Assembly: GCA_963792945.1 (NCBI GenBank)
Contig: CAWBYM010000019.1
Span: 66,158-130,157 of the forward strand
Origin: an uncultured delta proteobacterium
GTDB taxonomy: Bacteria > Desulfobacterota > Desulfobacteria > Desulfobacterales > SG8-13
Direction: 5' to 3'
DNA length: 64,000 nt
In this document: in pieces, positions 55,421 through 64,000 of the stretch
How the letters are laid out: each line of letters begins with the position of its first letter
Position numbering within the stretch: the first letter of the stretch is position 1
Made by a program: the position numbers and the translations under genes
The notes under the pieces: model-generated
The model's input: only the letters and a program-made list of their open reading frames with translations
What the model was told of the DNA's origin: nothing
Database searches by the model: none

Positions 55421-56376
55421 TCAGCGCGGCGGTTTTTCTCCTGCCGGGCGGATCTGTGTTCCGGCGTGTCCTCTGAGCGCGGCATCGATTTCTTCTATCG
55501 AACAGATGACGGCCCGCTTTTTCTTCTTTTCGACAAAATGAAGGGCCGCCTCGATTTTAGGGCCCATCGATCCCGCCGGGAAAGCCCCCTTCATGAGGTA
55601 CTTTCGCGCTTTCCTTGGTGACAGTTCATCGAGAAGGGTTTCATCCGGCCGGCCGAAGTTCAGCAAAGCGCCTTTAACGTCGGTGGCGATCATGAAAATG
55701 TCCACCCCGACTTCTTCAGCCAGCCTTACGCTGGCCAGATCCTTATCAATGACCGCATCCACTCCGCAAAAGGTCCGGCCTTCGCGGATGACGGGAATAC
55801 CGCCCCCCCCGCAACAGATGACGATAAACCCCATCTCGATCAGTTTTTTGATCTCCCGTTTTTCGACGATGGTCACCGGTTTGGGCGAGACCACCACACG
55901 GCGCCACCCTTTGGATGTCTGGAGGGTGGGGTAGGGCATTTCGGCTGCGCGTTGTGGCGAAAGAACCGGGCCGATCGGTTTTGTGGGTGCCTGAAAGGCC
56001 GGGTCACTTTCGTCCACGACAACGTAGCTGATGAGGCTCACCAAAGGCTTCTGGTGGATTCCCAATGCCATGAGTTCACTGTCGAGGGTCGATTCGATCA
56101 TATAGCCGATCTGGCCCTGAGTCTGCGCCACCAGGATCTCGAGCGGGTTGCGGGGAACGGCCGTGCAACTTTCCTGCTGCAGCAACAGATTGCCGACCTG
56201 CGGTCCATTGCCATGGGTGATGATAATCCTGTGATTTCGACTGATTTTAGCCAACTGGCGGATCGGAACCCTCAAGTTTTCAAATTGTTCTTCAATGGTT
56301 CCGGCCTGCCCTTGCGGATCAGGGCGTTGCCGCCTAAAGCCACCAGAAGGGTTTCTTTTTTCGGCGGGGGTTTCAT
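55421..56376 (-). pseudogene. arcC: carbamate kinase with an N-terminal frameshift
   Basis: ATG 56376 directly abuts the upstream stop (TGAATG) and gives MKPPPKKETLLVALGGNALIRKG, the canonical start. The conserved continuation QAGTIEEQFENLRVPIRQLAKISRNHRIIITHGNGPQVGNLLLQQ... is in the -1 frame from about 56303-56311 (AAGGGCAGGCC where AAGGGCCAGGCC is expected). The track ORF only stays open via an upstream GTG at 56386. Confidence 0.7.
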
Positions 56377-57696
56377 TCAGGTCCACTTCATTTTCTCGAG
56401 CAGTACGTTTTCGAGTGTCGGTTCTCCGTGATCCCGGTATTCGTACTGGACCCGGAGTGTCGGCTGGCTGATGTTAAGGACCAGCGGGAGGTGGATCGGC
56501 GTGGCAAACAAAACCAGATCGCAGTCGGCTGCGGCAATGGTCTTCTCTAGGTCGCCGATTTGGTTTGGACTGTATCCCATGGCCGGCAGCACGGGGCCGA
56601 TATGGAGATGCTTGTCGTACAAGGCTTTTAGAGACCCGACCGCAAACGGGCGCGGGTCGATGGCTTCAGCGGCCTTATGCTTTTGAGCGGCAATGAGCCC
56701 GGCACCGAAAGGCATTTCCCCGTGGGTCAGCGTCGGACCGTCTTCCACGACAAGGACACGTTTACCGGTGATCAATTCCGGTTGACTCACCAGGACCGCC
56801 GACTCCGCAAGGATGATCCGGGCTCCCGGAGCGAAGCGGCGGATGTTGCGTCGAACCTGTTCGACTTTTTCGTCCGGTGCGGTATCGACTTTGTTGATGA
56901 CGGCAATGTCCGCCATCAACATGTTGGTTTCCCCCGGATAATAGAGGCGCTCGTGGCCGGCCCGATGAGGATCGAAAAGCACGATGTGCACATTCGGGGT
57001 GTAAAAAGGCGTATCGTTGTTGCCGCCGTCCCAGACAATCACGTCCGCTTCATCCTCTGCGGATTTAAGTATTTTGCCATAATCGATTCCGGCATAAACA
57101 ACGATACCCATATCGACGAGCGGTTCGTATTCTTCGCGCTCTTCGATGGTGCAGCGGTGCTTATCAAAGTCCGCGTAACTGGAGAAGCGCTGAACTTCCT
57201 GCTGCCGCAGGTCACCGTAGGGCATCGGGTGCCGTACGGCGACCACCCTCTGGTTCCTTTGCCGGGCAATTTCGCAGACCTTGCGCGTTGTCTGTGACTT
57301 GCCGCAACCGGTCCGCACGGCGCATACGGCCACGACCGGTTTACGGGCCCGCAGCATCGTGTAGGTGGCCCCGATCAGGGTGAAGTCGGCTCCGCCGGCC
57401 ATTACCATAGACGCCTTGTGCATGACATCCGTGTGGGGCACATCACTATAAGAGAAGGCGACAAGGTCGATCTTGTGGCTTCGTATAAGATCAGGCAGCC
57501 GTTCTTCGGAAAATATGGGGATGCCATGCGGATAAAGGCTTCCGGCCAGTTCGGGTGGATATTGCCGCCCTTCGATATCGGGAATCTGAGCCGCGGTAAA
57601 GGCAATGACTTCATACCGGGTATTGTTCTTGAAGTAGACGTTGAAATTGTGAAAGTCGCGCCCGGCGGCTCCCATGATGATCACTTTCTCTACCAT
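56377..57696 (-). CDS. COG2403-type predicted GTPase (cyclic 2,3-diphosphoglycerate synthetase-like P-loop protein)
   Basis: 439 aa. MVEKVIIMGAAGRDFHNFNVYF..., P-loop VRTGCGKSQTT, and VINKVD (NKxD). Confidence 0.65.
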   Translation of the reverse strand: MVEKVIIMGAAGRDFHNFNVYFKNNTRYEVIAFTAAQIPDIEGRQYPPELAGSLYPHGIPIFSEERLPDLIRSHKIDLVAFSYSDVPHTDVMHKASMVMAGGADFTLIGATYTMLRARKPVVAVCAVRTGCGKSQTTRKVCEIARQRNQRVVAVRHPMPYGDLRQQEVQRFSSYADFDKHRCTIEEREEYEPLVDMGIVVYAGIDYGKILKSAEDEADVIVWDGGNNDTPFYTPNVHIVLFDPHRAGHERLYYPGETNMLMADIAVINKVDTAPDEKVEQVRRNIRRFAPGARIILAESAVLVSQPELITGKRVLVVEDGPTLTHGEMPFGAGLIAAQKHKAAEAIDPRPFAVGSLKALYDKHLHIGPVLPAMGYSPNQIGDLEKTIAAADCDLVLFATPIHLPLVLNISQPTLRVQYEYRDHGEPTLENVLLEKMKWT

Positions 57697-57885
57697 CGAG
57701 ACATCTCCCCCTGGCTGGCCGTTGATCCGGCAATGGATCCGTTCTTATTTACTTGACAGGCCGGTGCCATACTGGTGATACTCCAACGGTTTGCACTTGC
57801 ATGTTTCAGCATCGGCAAACAACGAATTTTTCTTACCATATAGCACCTTAGCGGGAGTGTAAAGACGTGCCGGAGAGGAGTACAC

Positions 57886-58641
57886 ATGCGGAAGATACTG
57901 CACCAGCGGCTGTTTGAAAAAGAAATATGCCTCGGGACCATCGTCAGCACCCCATCTCCCGAGGCGGCTGAAGTTCTGGCGCTGTGCGGCTTCGACTGGC
58001 TGTTTATCGACATGGAGCACGGTGCATTTGGTGTCGGGGCCTTGCAAAGCATTTTGCAGGCCGTAGGAGGCAGAACCCCATGCCTGGTCCGCGTGCCGGC
58101 CCTGGACGAAGCCTGGATTAAAAAAAGTCTGGACTGCGGTGCGGATGGCGTCATAGTGCCCCATATCTGTTCTGCGGGTGAAGCCGAGCGGGCGGTAGCG
58201 TACAGCAAATATCCGCCGGACGGCATCCGCAGCGTCGGACTGGCCAGGGCGCAGGGCTTCGGTACGTCGTTCGCATCTTATCTCGGCCGAGCCAATTCCG
58301 AAATTGCAGTGGTATTGCAGATAGAACACATCGATGCCGTATCACAAATCGAGGATATCACCCGTGTCGCGGGGGTCGACTGCCTTTTCATCGGCCCCTA
58401 CGATCTCTCGGCCAGCATGGGATTGACCGGGCAGGTCCGGGATCCCAGGGTCATCGAGGCGATCCATGCGGTGCGCCGCGCGGCCGCCGCAGCCGAAATT
58501 CCTTTGGGTATCTTTACGGCCTCCGCCGATGAAGCACCGGTTCACATCGACGACGGTTTCACACTCATTGCCGTGGGGGTCGATCTGATGCTTCTTTCCA
58601 GCGCCGCGCAACGGGTTGTCGAAACGCTGAAGCCCTCATAA
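57886..58641 (+). CDS. HpcH/HpaI-family aldolase
   Basis: GFDWLFIDMEHGAFG, VRVPALDEAWIKKSLDCGADGVIVP, and LFIGPYDLSASMG. Confidence 0.85.
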   Translation: MRKILHQRLFEKEICLGTIVSTPSPEAAEVLALCGFDWLFIDMEHGAFGVGALQSILQAVGGRTPCLVRVPALDEAWIKKSLDCGADGVIVPHICSAGEAERAVAYSKYPPDGIRSVGLARAQGFGTSFASYLGRANSEIAVVLQIEHIDAVSQIEDITRVAGVDCLFIGPYDLSASMGLTGQVRDPRVIEAIHAVRRAAAAAEIPLGIFTASADEAPVHIDDGFTLIAVGVDLMLLSSAAQRVVETLKPS

Positions 58642-58720
58642 CGGTGAACGGCTTTTGCGGAAAACGCACTATGGAAAGCGCACTATACCACTGATCAAAA
58701 GGTTACGAAGTGAGGTAATT

Positions 58721-58984
58721 ATGACGACAGAATTCAGACCCGATGTGCTCGGCCGGCCGGGGATCGATCTTAAAGACGTCGATCCGGCGGCGGCGATAAA
58801 AATGATGGAAGACGAACTGACAGAGATGGCCCGGTCGCTGCGCCAGATCCGCGGAGACTATGTATCGGGGATGGTGACGGAGGATGAGTTCGTGAAGATC
58901 GAATCACAGTTCATGGACAAGTTGTCCGAGCAACGCAACACGCTGCAGTTGCTGCGTAGTGCCGCCGGGAAGAAGGCGCAATGA
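58721..58984 (+). CDS. hypothetical small helical protein (87 aa)
   Basis: ATG 58721 is preceded by TGAGGT. No family recognised. Confidence 0.45.
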   Translation: MTTEFRPDVLGRPGIDLKDVDPAAAIKMMEDELTEMARSLRQIRGDYVSGMVTEDEFVKIESQFMDKLSEQRNTLQLLRSAAGKKAQ

Positions 58985-59030
58985 AACCGGGGTGTCGGAA
59001 TAGAAGAAGATTTGGGGGAGACGACCGGCG

Positions 59031-59759
59031 ATGTTGAAAGAAAAGGTTGTGGTACTCACCGGCGCCAGCAAGGGGATTGGAAGAGCCTCGGCTTTGAGGC
59101 TGGCCCGCGACGGGGCCGACCTGGTTATCGGCGCCACCAGCATGGATTTGCTGGAATCGGTCGGCAGGGAAATTGAAAACGCCGGAGCGCGGGCCGTGGT
59201 CCGCTATTGCGACGTAAGCCGGCGGGAGGATTGCGAGGCGCTTGCAGATGCCGCGAAAGACAGATTCGGCAAGATCGATATTCTCATAAACAATGCCGGC
59301 ATCGGGTATTCGGGCAAGGTCGTTGATTTGGCCCCCGAAGAAGCCGAAGAGATGGTTCAGGTAAACATTCTGGGCGTCTTCTATATGACGCGGGCGGTGC
59401 TGCCGGCGATGATCGCCCGCAACCAGGGAGACATCGTCAATGTCGGTTCGGTGGCCGGTCTCAAGTATTCACCCGGATTTGCCCTCTATTCGGCCACCAA
59501 ATTCGCGGTCAGGGCTTTCTCCGAAGGATTGCGCAACGAGGTTCAAGAACACGACATCCGTGTGACAACCGTGCATCCGGGCATGGTCGCCACCAATTTC
59601 TTCGATGCCTTCACCCGCGGCGGGATCGGCCTACCGGCCGGCAAAGGAAACCTTCTGCAGCCTGAGGATGTCGCCGAAAGCATTTACTTCGCCCTGACGC
59701 GGCCGCGCTCGGTGGCTCTGAATGAACTGACTGTCAGGCCTTACTGGCAGGAACGGTAG
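59031..59759 (+). CDS. SDR-family oxidoreductase
   Basis: TGASKGIGRA, NNAG, and YSATK. Confidence 0.9.
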   Translation: MLKEKVVVLTGASKGIGRASALRLARDGADLVIGATSMDLLESVGREIENAGARAVVRYCDVSRREDCEALADAAKDRFGKIDILINNAGIGYSGKVVDLAPEEAEEMVQVNILGVFYMTRAVLPAMIARNQGDIVNVGSVAGLKYSPGFALYSATKFAVRAFSEGLRNEVQEHDIRVTTVHPGMVATNFFDAFTRGGIGLPAGKGNLLQPEDVAESIYFALTRPRSVALNELTVRPYWQER

Positions 59760-59810
59760 GCGAAATCTGCCATCGATCGGTTCCGGCTGGGCCTTAATAA
59801 AGGAACCCCG

Positions 59811-60221
59811 TCATGAAGGACGCCCGCCGCCCTTAAATGCTTCGTCGAGATCGACCTGGTAGCCGAAGACAAGCGAATTGGTCTGGTTGGCCATGGCCAC
59901 TACGGCCATCAACTCCGAGAGCATGTCCTCGGTCAGGCCCTTTTTTCTGGCTGCGGCTGTATGGCTGTTGACGCAATATGTGCACCCGTTTGTCGCGCTC
60001 ACGGCAAGATAGAGCATTTCCTTGACCAGGGGATCAAGGGCCCCCGCTGCCATAACCGATTTGACTCCCTCCCAGGTCCGTTTCAGAAGCTCGGGCTGCA
60101 CCGCCAGCGTTTTCCAGAAGTTGTTGACCCAATCCACCTGGCGCGTCGCCATGATATCGTCGTAGACTTGGCGGACGGCCGGGCTGGCCTCTTCGTACTC
60201 GATCATTTTGACAGTCGGCAT
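59811..60221 (-). CDS. carboxymuconolactone decarboxylase / AhpD-like family protein
   Basis: CTYCVNSH CxxC-type motif. ATG 60221 (MPTVKMIEY) is preceded by GGAGGAG; the track's TTG at 60233 is probably not the start. Confidence 0.85.
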   Translation of the reverse strand: MPTVKMIEYEEASPAVRQVYDDIMATRQVDWVNNFWKTLAVQPELLKRTWEGVKSVMAAGALDPLVKEMLYLAVSATNGCTYCVNSHTAAARKKGLTEDMLSELMAVVAMANQTNSLVFGYQVDLDEAFKGGGRPS

Positions 60222-60233
60222 TTTCTCCTCCAA

Positions 60234-61196
60234 TCATATTGGCTTCCGTTCGATAATTCCCGTTAGGCACCCCACCGCGCCGGCGGCCTTGAGCAGTTCA
60301 CTGACATCGACCGTGAGACAGGAGAGGCCTATTTTTTCATAGAACGACTGGGTGACAGGGTTTCCAGTCGGCATCAGAATCTTGCCCGGCGCGATGGTGA
60401 CGAAGTTCAGGGCAAACCCATGCGTGGCTTCGACCGAGTCCGGGACAAAATGCACCGTGAAACCGTTTTCCCGCAACGCCTCCACGGCCGCATACGCCAG
60501 CCGGCCGGGCCACGCCAGCGCCAAGGCGCGATCGGCTATTCTCAACATCCCCATCAAATGCATGGTACCACAGGGCAAATCGACCTGGATAACGCGGACG
60601 CCCATTTCCTGCAGCAGACCAGTCACCTGTGACGCCCCTTCGGCATTGGTGCGAAGGCCGCGGCCCAGCAGCACTGTGGACGGATTGAGCCACATCGCAT
60701 CAGCCCCTTCGAATGTGCCTCGTCCACGAACGGATTTGAGGATCGGTATGCCGAGGTCGGCCAGGCGCCGCGCGACCCAGCGCTCTTCTCCGGCGCGGAC
60801 GGTGGATGCGGGGCGGGCTAAAATGGCCCCTTCGGGGGTCATGAAGAACAGATCGGCCACGAACATCAGGTTCGGGGAAGCCGCTCTATTCGGATCGACA
60901 TGACAGACCCTGACACCGGCTCCGGTAAAAGCGTCCACCAGCCGATCATGTTGGCGCCCGGCCTTTTGGGGATCCAATGTCGCCAGCATCTGGGCGGCAT
61001 CGGGCTCCTGTGCCGATTCCAACTCCGGGCCGGGGCGATGCAGCATAACAGACGTCAATGGGGCCCATTCAACCGCCTGGCCGAAACGGCCCCAGACGGT
61101 GCCGATTTCATCCCGCAAAGGCGCCGAGCGCGGTGACCAGCCGCCGCCTCCGTAAGCCGAAGCGTTGTTGAGGTCGTTGCTTTCCATCGTATTCAT
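60234..61196 (-). CDS. amidinotransferase-superfamily enzyme (arginine deiminase / DDAH-like)
   Basis: PNLMFVADLFFMTPEGAILARP, GTFEGADAMW, MHLMGMLRIAD, and a C-terminal AAGAVGCLTG (catalytic Cys). Start taken at MNTMESN (61196); the track ORF extends 91 codons upstream. Confidence 0.8.
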   Translation of the reverse strand: MNTMESNDLNNASAYGGGGWSPRSAPLRDEIGTVWGRFGQAVEWAPLTSVMLHRPGPELESAQEPDAAQMLATLDPQKAGRQHDRLVDAFTGAGVRVCHVDPNRAASPNLMFVADLFFMTPEGAILARPASTVRAGEERWVARRLADLGIPILKSVRGRGTFEGADAMWLNPSTVLLGRGLRTNAEGASQVTGLLQEMGVRVIQVDLPCGTMHLMGMLRIADRALALAWPGRLAYAAVEALRENGFTVHFVPDSVEATHGFALNFVTIAPGKILMPTGNPVTQSFYEKIGLSCLTVDVSELLKAAGAVGCLTGIIERKPI

Positions 61197-61423
61197 CGTT
61201 AATCTGTCGGAAATTTTATTTAATTTTAGAGGGTTTAGCTGTTTCAGCGGTTCTCTTATACCAGAGACGACAAGGATTAAAAAGCATTTGGCGATAAATT
61301 TGACTTTTACAGCCGATACAGTACAATCTACCCCAATAGTCCCTACAGACATATGACGACTCAACGCCGTCTGTGGGATTGATGCAACCCAGTCTCGAAT
61401 ACCAAACCCTCCAAGGAGGACCC

Positions 61424-61987
61424 ATGAAAACGATGACGGCAACAATTCGGCGGCTTCTTTTTTTCGCATTGTTTTTATTTATCGGTTGTGCCCCGCAAAC
61501 ACGGGTCGATTTGATTTACAAGCCATCTGGGGTCAAGGTGTCTCCCTGTCAAAAGAGTCTGGCCATTGTGTCCTTTACCGACCAGCGTGCAAACCAACCT
61601 GTCGGTGAAACCCTGAAAGGCATACCGATACGGGCCAATGACTCCATTGCCAACTGGGTGTCGAGGGCCTTTTATGACGATCTCCAACGCAGCGGCTGCA
61701 GGGTCGAATACCATGACACCGGTTCAAAGTTCGGCACCGATTTGAGGCTGAGCGGAGATATCAAGGATCTGAAGGTCGTTCAGGTGTCCCATACCGAATA
61801 TGACGGTCGACTGCGGCTCGATGTCGTCGTCCAAGACAATGGGAACCAGGTGTTCAAAAAAGAGTATGTCAGTGCTCTCACCAAAAAAACCATGCCGTCC
61901 TCCGAGGTACCCAAGGAGGTCCTGACCGAGCTGCTGCAAGGATTGATCAAGGAGGCCCTGTACGATTTGGGTGCTCACCTGAAATAG
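61424..61987 (+). CDS. hypothetical lipoprotein
   Basis: MKTMTATIRRLLFFALFLFIGC lipobox, with AAGGAGG upstream of ATG 61424. Confidence 0.6.
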   Translation: MKTMTATIRRLLFFALFLFIGCAPQTRVDLIYKPSGVKVSPCQKSLAIVSFTDQRANQPVGETLKGIPIRANDSIANWVSRAFYDDLQRSGCRVEYHDTGSKFGTDLRLSGDIKDLKVVQVSHTEYDGRLRLDVVVQDNGNQVFKKEYVSALTKKTMPSSEVPKEVLTELLQGLIKEALYDLGAHLK

Positions 61988-62235
61988 CCGGAGTGATGCC
62001 CTTCAATTTACCTGGCATGTTGCAGATAGGCCCTAATAGCCCTTACGGTTACAGCCGCTAAAGTATCCAGCGGATGGGCCGATAATATGGCAGGACCCAT
62101 GTCATACGCACCGGCCTGACCTTCCGTTCGTCCATTGATCACGAAATAGGTCACAGTGAACATCGCCCGCGGCAGGAGGGGATACGGCGGAGGGGAGGCG
62201 ATCACGCCGGTGGAGCCCGGAAAGGAGCTTATTGC

Positions 62236-63153
62236 ATGGCGAAACATGTAAAGCGCGGACCGGCGCCGACAGTCGGTATCGTGCAGCAGAAGATATTCGG
62301 CCTGCCAGTCGATACAGGGATTATCTTCAGCAATTACAGAGGGGTATACAAGAAAAGGATCGAAAAGCGCCAGCGGGAGTTTATTGTCAAGCTGTCATTT
62401 TTAAAGCCGTTCCTCGAGGGCGACGAAAAGATCTTGCTGGTCACCACCGGGCACTCGCCGCCGACGATTTTTGAGAAAATGGGGTTGGGGTGGCTCTTCG
62501 TATACCTTAAAAGATCCCTGCTGGTTTTTACAACGCGGCGGATCTTTCATGTCCCGACGACCCCGATCTACCGGTACCGCACCTCCATCGCCCAGATCCG
62601 CTACGACGGCTGCCAATCCATCACCATGAAGGGGCGATCGCTTATGGTCGCCTATAGCGACATGAAGGTTACCGATACGTTTTTCGGCCTGGCCGGCAGG
62701 GAGAAAAAGAAGATCAGACAGATATTGAAAACCCTGCCGGCCCTGGGCGAACAAAAGACCTCGTCCGGCAGGGTTCATCTCTGCCCCCGGTGTGCGGCAC
62801 CCCTGTCTGTGTCGCGCCCCATCTGCCAACATTGCCAACTGAAGTTCAAATCAAAGACCATGGCAACCCTGTTGGCGCTGTTTCTGCCGGGAGGAGGGTA
62901 CTTCTATGTCCGGCAGCCCTTCCTGGGCATCATGGCTGCTGTGCTGGAGGGCCAGCTGTTGGTGGGAATCGGCATTCTGCTGAAGGACATGCTCGGTGGG
63001 ATCGGCCCGGATGCGTTTCTGCTCGCGGGCGCTGCCGTCCTTTTTATCCTCGGAAAGGTTCTCGGAATCGTCCATGCGCGTGTCTTTACGCGCGAGTTTA
63101 TACCCTGCCGGAAGAACATCTCCTTCCAGGCACTGGACATGCAGGCCGCATGA
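62236..63153 (+). CDS. hypothetical membrane protein: PH-like (YokE/bPH-type) domain + zinc ribbon + C-terminal TM helices
   Basis: CPRCAAPLSVSRPICQHCQ zinc ribbon and hydrophobic LLALFLPGGGYFYV...AAVLFILGKVLGIV. The N-terminal domain assignment is tentative. Confidence 0.55.
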   Translation: MAKHVKRGPAPTVGIVQQKIFGLPVDTGIIFSNYRGVYKKRIEKRQREFIVKLSFLKPFLEGDEKILLVTTGHSPPTIFEKMGLGWLFVYLKRSLLVFTTRRIFHVPTTPIYRYRTSIAQIRYDGCQSITMKGRSLMVAYSDMKVTDTFFGLAGREKKKIRQILKTLPALGEQKTSSGRVHLCPRCAAPLSVSRPICQHCQLKFKSKTMATLLALFLPGGGYFYVRQPFLGIMAAVLEGQLLVGIGILLKDMLGGIGPDAFLLAGAAVLFILGKVLGIVHARVFTREFIPCRKNISFQALDMQAA

Positions 63154-63229
63154 ACGACCTGTTTTGCCGGTATGTGCGACGTCAGCCGGATATAATAGGC
63201 TGCCGCAGCTGTTTTTTGAGACCTCTCAA

Positions 63230-64000
63230 TCACCGATTCCAAGAAAACAGGGCCGCACCGAGCGACAGGAAACCCAATGTCATCAAGACCAAAACGGTAA
63301 TTTCCGGTATCACCTCGAGCAGGCCGGCCCCATCGTTCATGATCTTCCGCACCGCCTGCAGCAGATGGGTCAGAGGAAATATCTCCGCAATCGCCTTCAC
63401 CCAATAGGGGGCGCCCTCCAGCGAGAACCAGACTTCGGATAGAAACATCATCGGCCAGGAGATGAAATTCAAGATTCCGGTGGCGAATTCCTCGCTGGTT
63501 CCGCGTGAAGCCAAAACCAGGCCCAGTGACGTCAGGCTTAAACTGCCGAGGAGAAAAACCAGCACCAAATGGATGTAGGAGCCCTCCACGTGGAAGGAGA
63601 AAATCAGGTCGCAGCCGATCCACACCACCGTTATGGTGAACATCAGCAGGAAGATGCGGGAAAGCATCTGGGCGCTCAGGTATTCCAGGGCCGTCAAAGG
63701 TGTCGCTTTGAGGCGCTTCAAAACCCCGTTTTTGCGATAGCGCACAACGACGTAACCCACACCCCACAGGGCGCTGAACATCATGTTCATCGCCAGAATA
63801 CCCGGAAACAGCCAGTCGATGTAGCGGACCTGTCGGCCGGAAACTTCATGCCTTTGGGCCGGCAGGTCAACCCCGGCCGGAACCAAACTGCTCCTGAAGA
63901 TTTTCTCCAGGATGTATCCTTTTGGTGACGTTTCGTTGATCCAGTACTTGTAAGGCGGCGGCCCGATCTGGACCAGAAAATCGACCTTGTGGCTGCTGAG
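63230..64000 (-). CDS. ABC-2 type transporter permease; N-terminus beyond the window end
   Basis: YIDWLFPGILAMNMMFSALWGVGYVVVRYRKNGVLKRLKATPL is typical of ABC-2 permeases. The reading frame stays open to position 64000. Confidence 0.8.
   Translation of the reverse strand, partial: LSSHKVDFLVQIGPPPYKYWINETSPKGYILEKIFRSSLVPAGVDLPAQRHEVSGRQVRYIDWLFPGILAMNMMFSALWGVGYVVVRYRKNGVLKRLKATPLTALEYLSAQMLSRIFLLMFTITVVWIGCDLIFSFHVEGSYIHLVLVFLLGSLSLTSLGLVLASRGTSEEFATGILNFISWPMMFLSEVWFSLEGAPYWVKAIAEIFPLTHLLQAVRKIMNDGAGLLEVIPEITVLVLMTLGFLSLGAALFSWNR

Noticed and set aside
62008-62247. 79-aa minus-strand ORF between the lipoprotein gene and the PH-like gene
   Set aside because: No SD and no recognisable domain. 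It overlaps the start region of the + strand gene at 62236 and could at most be a fragment.

Overview
Dense, GC-rich chromosomal window with about 65 protein genes on both strands. I saw no rRNA, tRNA, CRISPR array, transposase or integrase. The gene content points to a sulfate-reducing Desulfobacterota (Desulfobacterales-like) genome: a bona fide DsrC, a Tmc-type transmembrane redox complex, an AhbA/B-like siroheme decarboxylase, and HdrA/MvhD homologues.

The centrepiece is a redox island at about 27.1-38.3 kb. It contains tmcD-C-B-A on the minus strand, followed by an inactivated response regulator. Divergent from it is a five-gene operon: a 1015-aa HdrA-like flavoprotein, MvhD, an Fe-S protein, and a HydB/AsrA-like plus HydG/AsrB-like NAD(P)H module. 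dsrC follows on its own promoter and terminator. Both hdrA and mvhD carry an in-frame TGA at a conserved Cys position (selenocysteine), which the supplied ORF track splits or truncates.

Other notable items:
- a tandem pair of large membrane-associated P-loop GTPases (43.6-47.5 kb) with an atypical DTPD G3 motif
- an RHH-PilZ fusion gene behind a near-consensus sigma70 promoter that predicts a leaderless mRNA
- an arginine/ornithine-type gene set (LOR/SDH protein, carbamate kinase, COG2403 GTPase, amidinotransferase)
- four disrupted genes (CAP-domain, M1-peptidase remnant, CheY-like receiver, carbamate kinase)

The rest is housekeeping or central metabolism: glgP, pepD, ppdK, thiolase, ald, alr, miaA, ilvA, SPFH/NfeD, NUDIX, SDRs and transporters. 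Many long ORFs in the track are antisense shadows of real genes, and many real genes start downstream of the ORF-track start. All calls come from reading the translations and the DNA; no database search was run.
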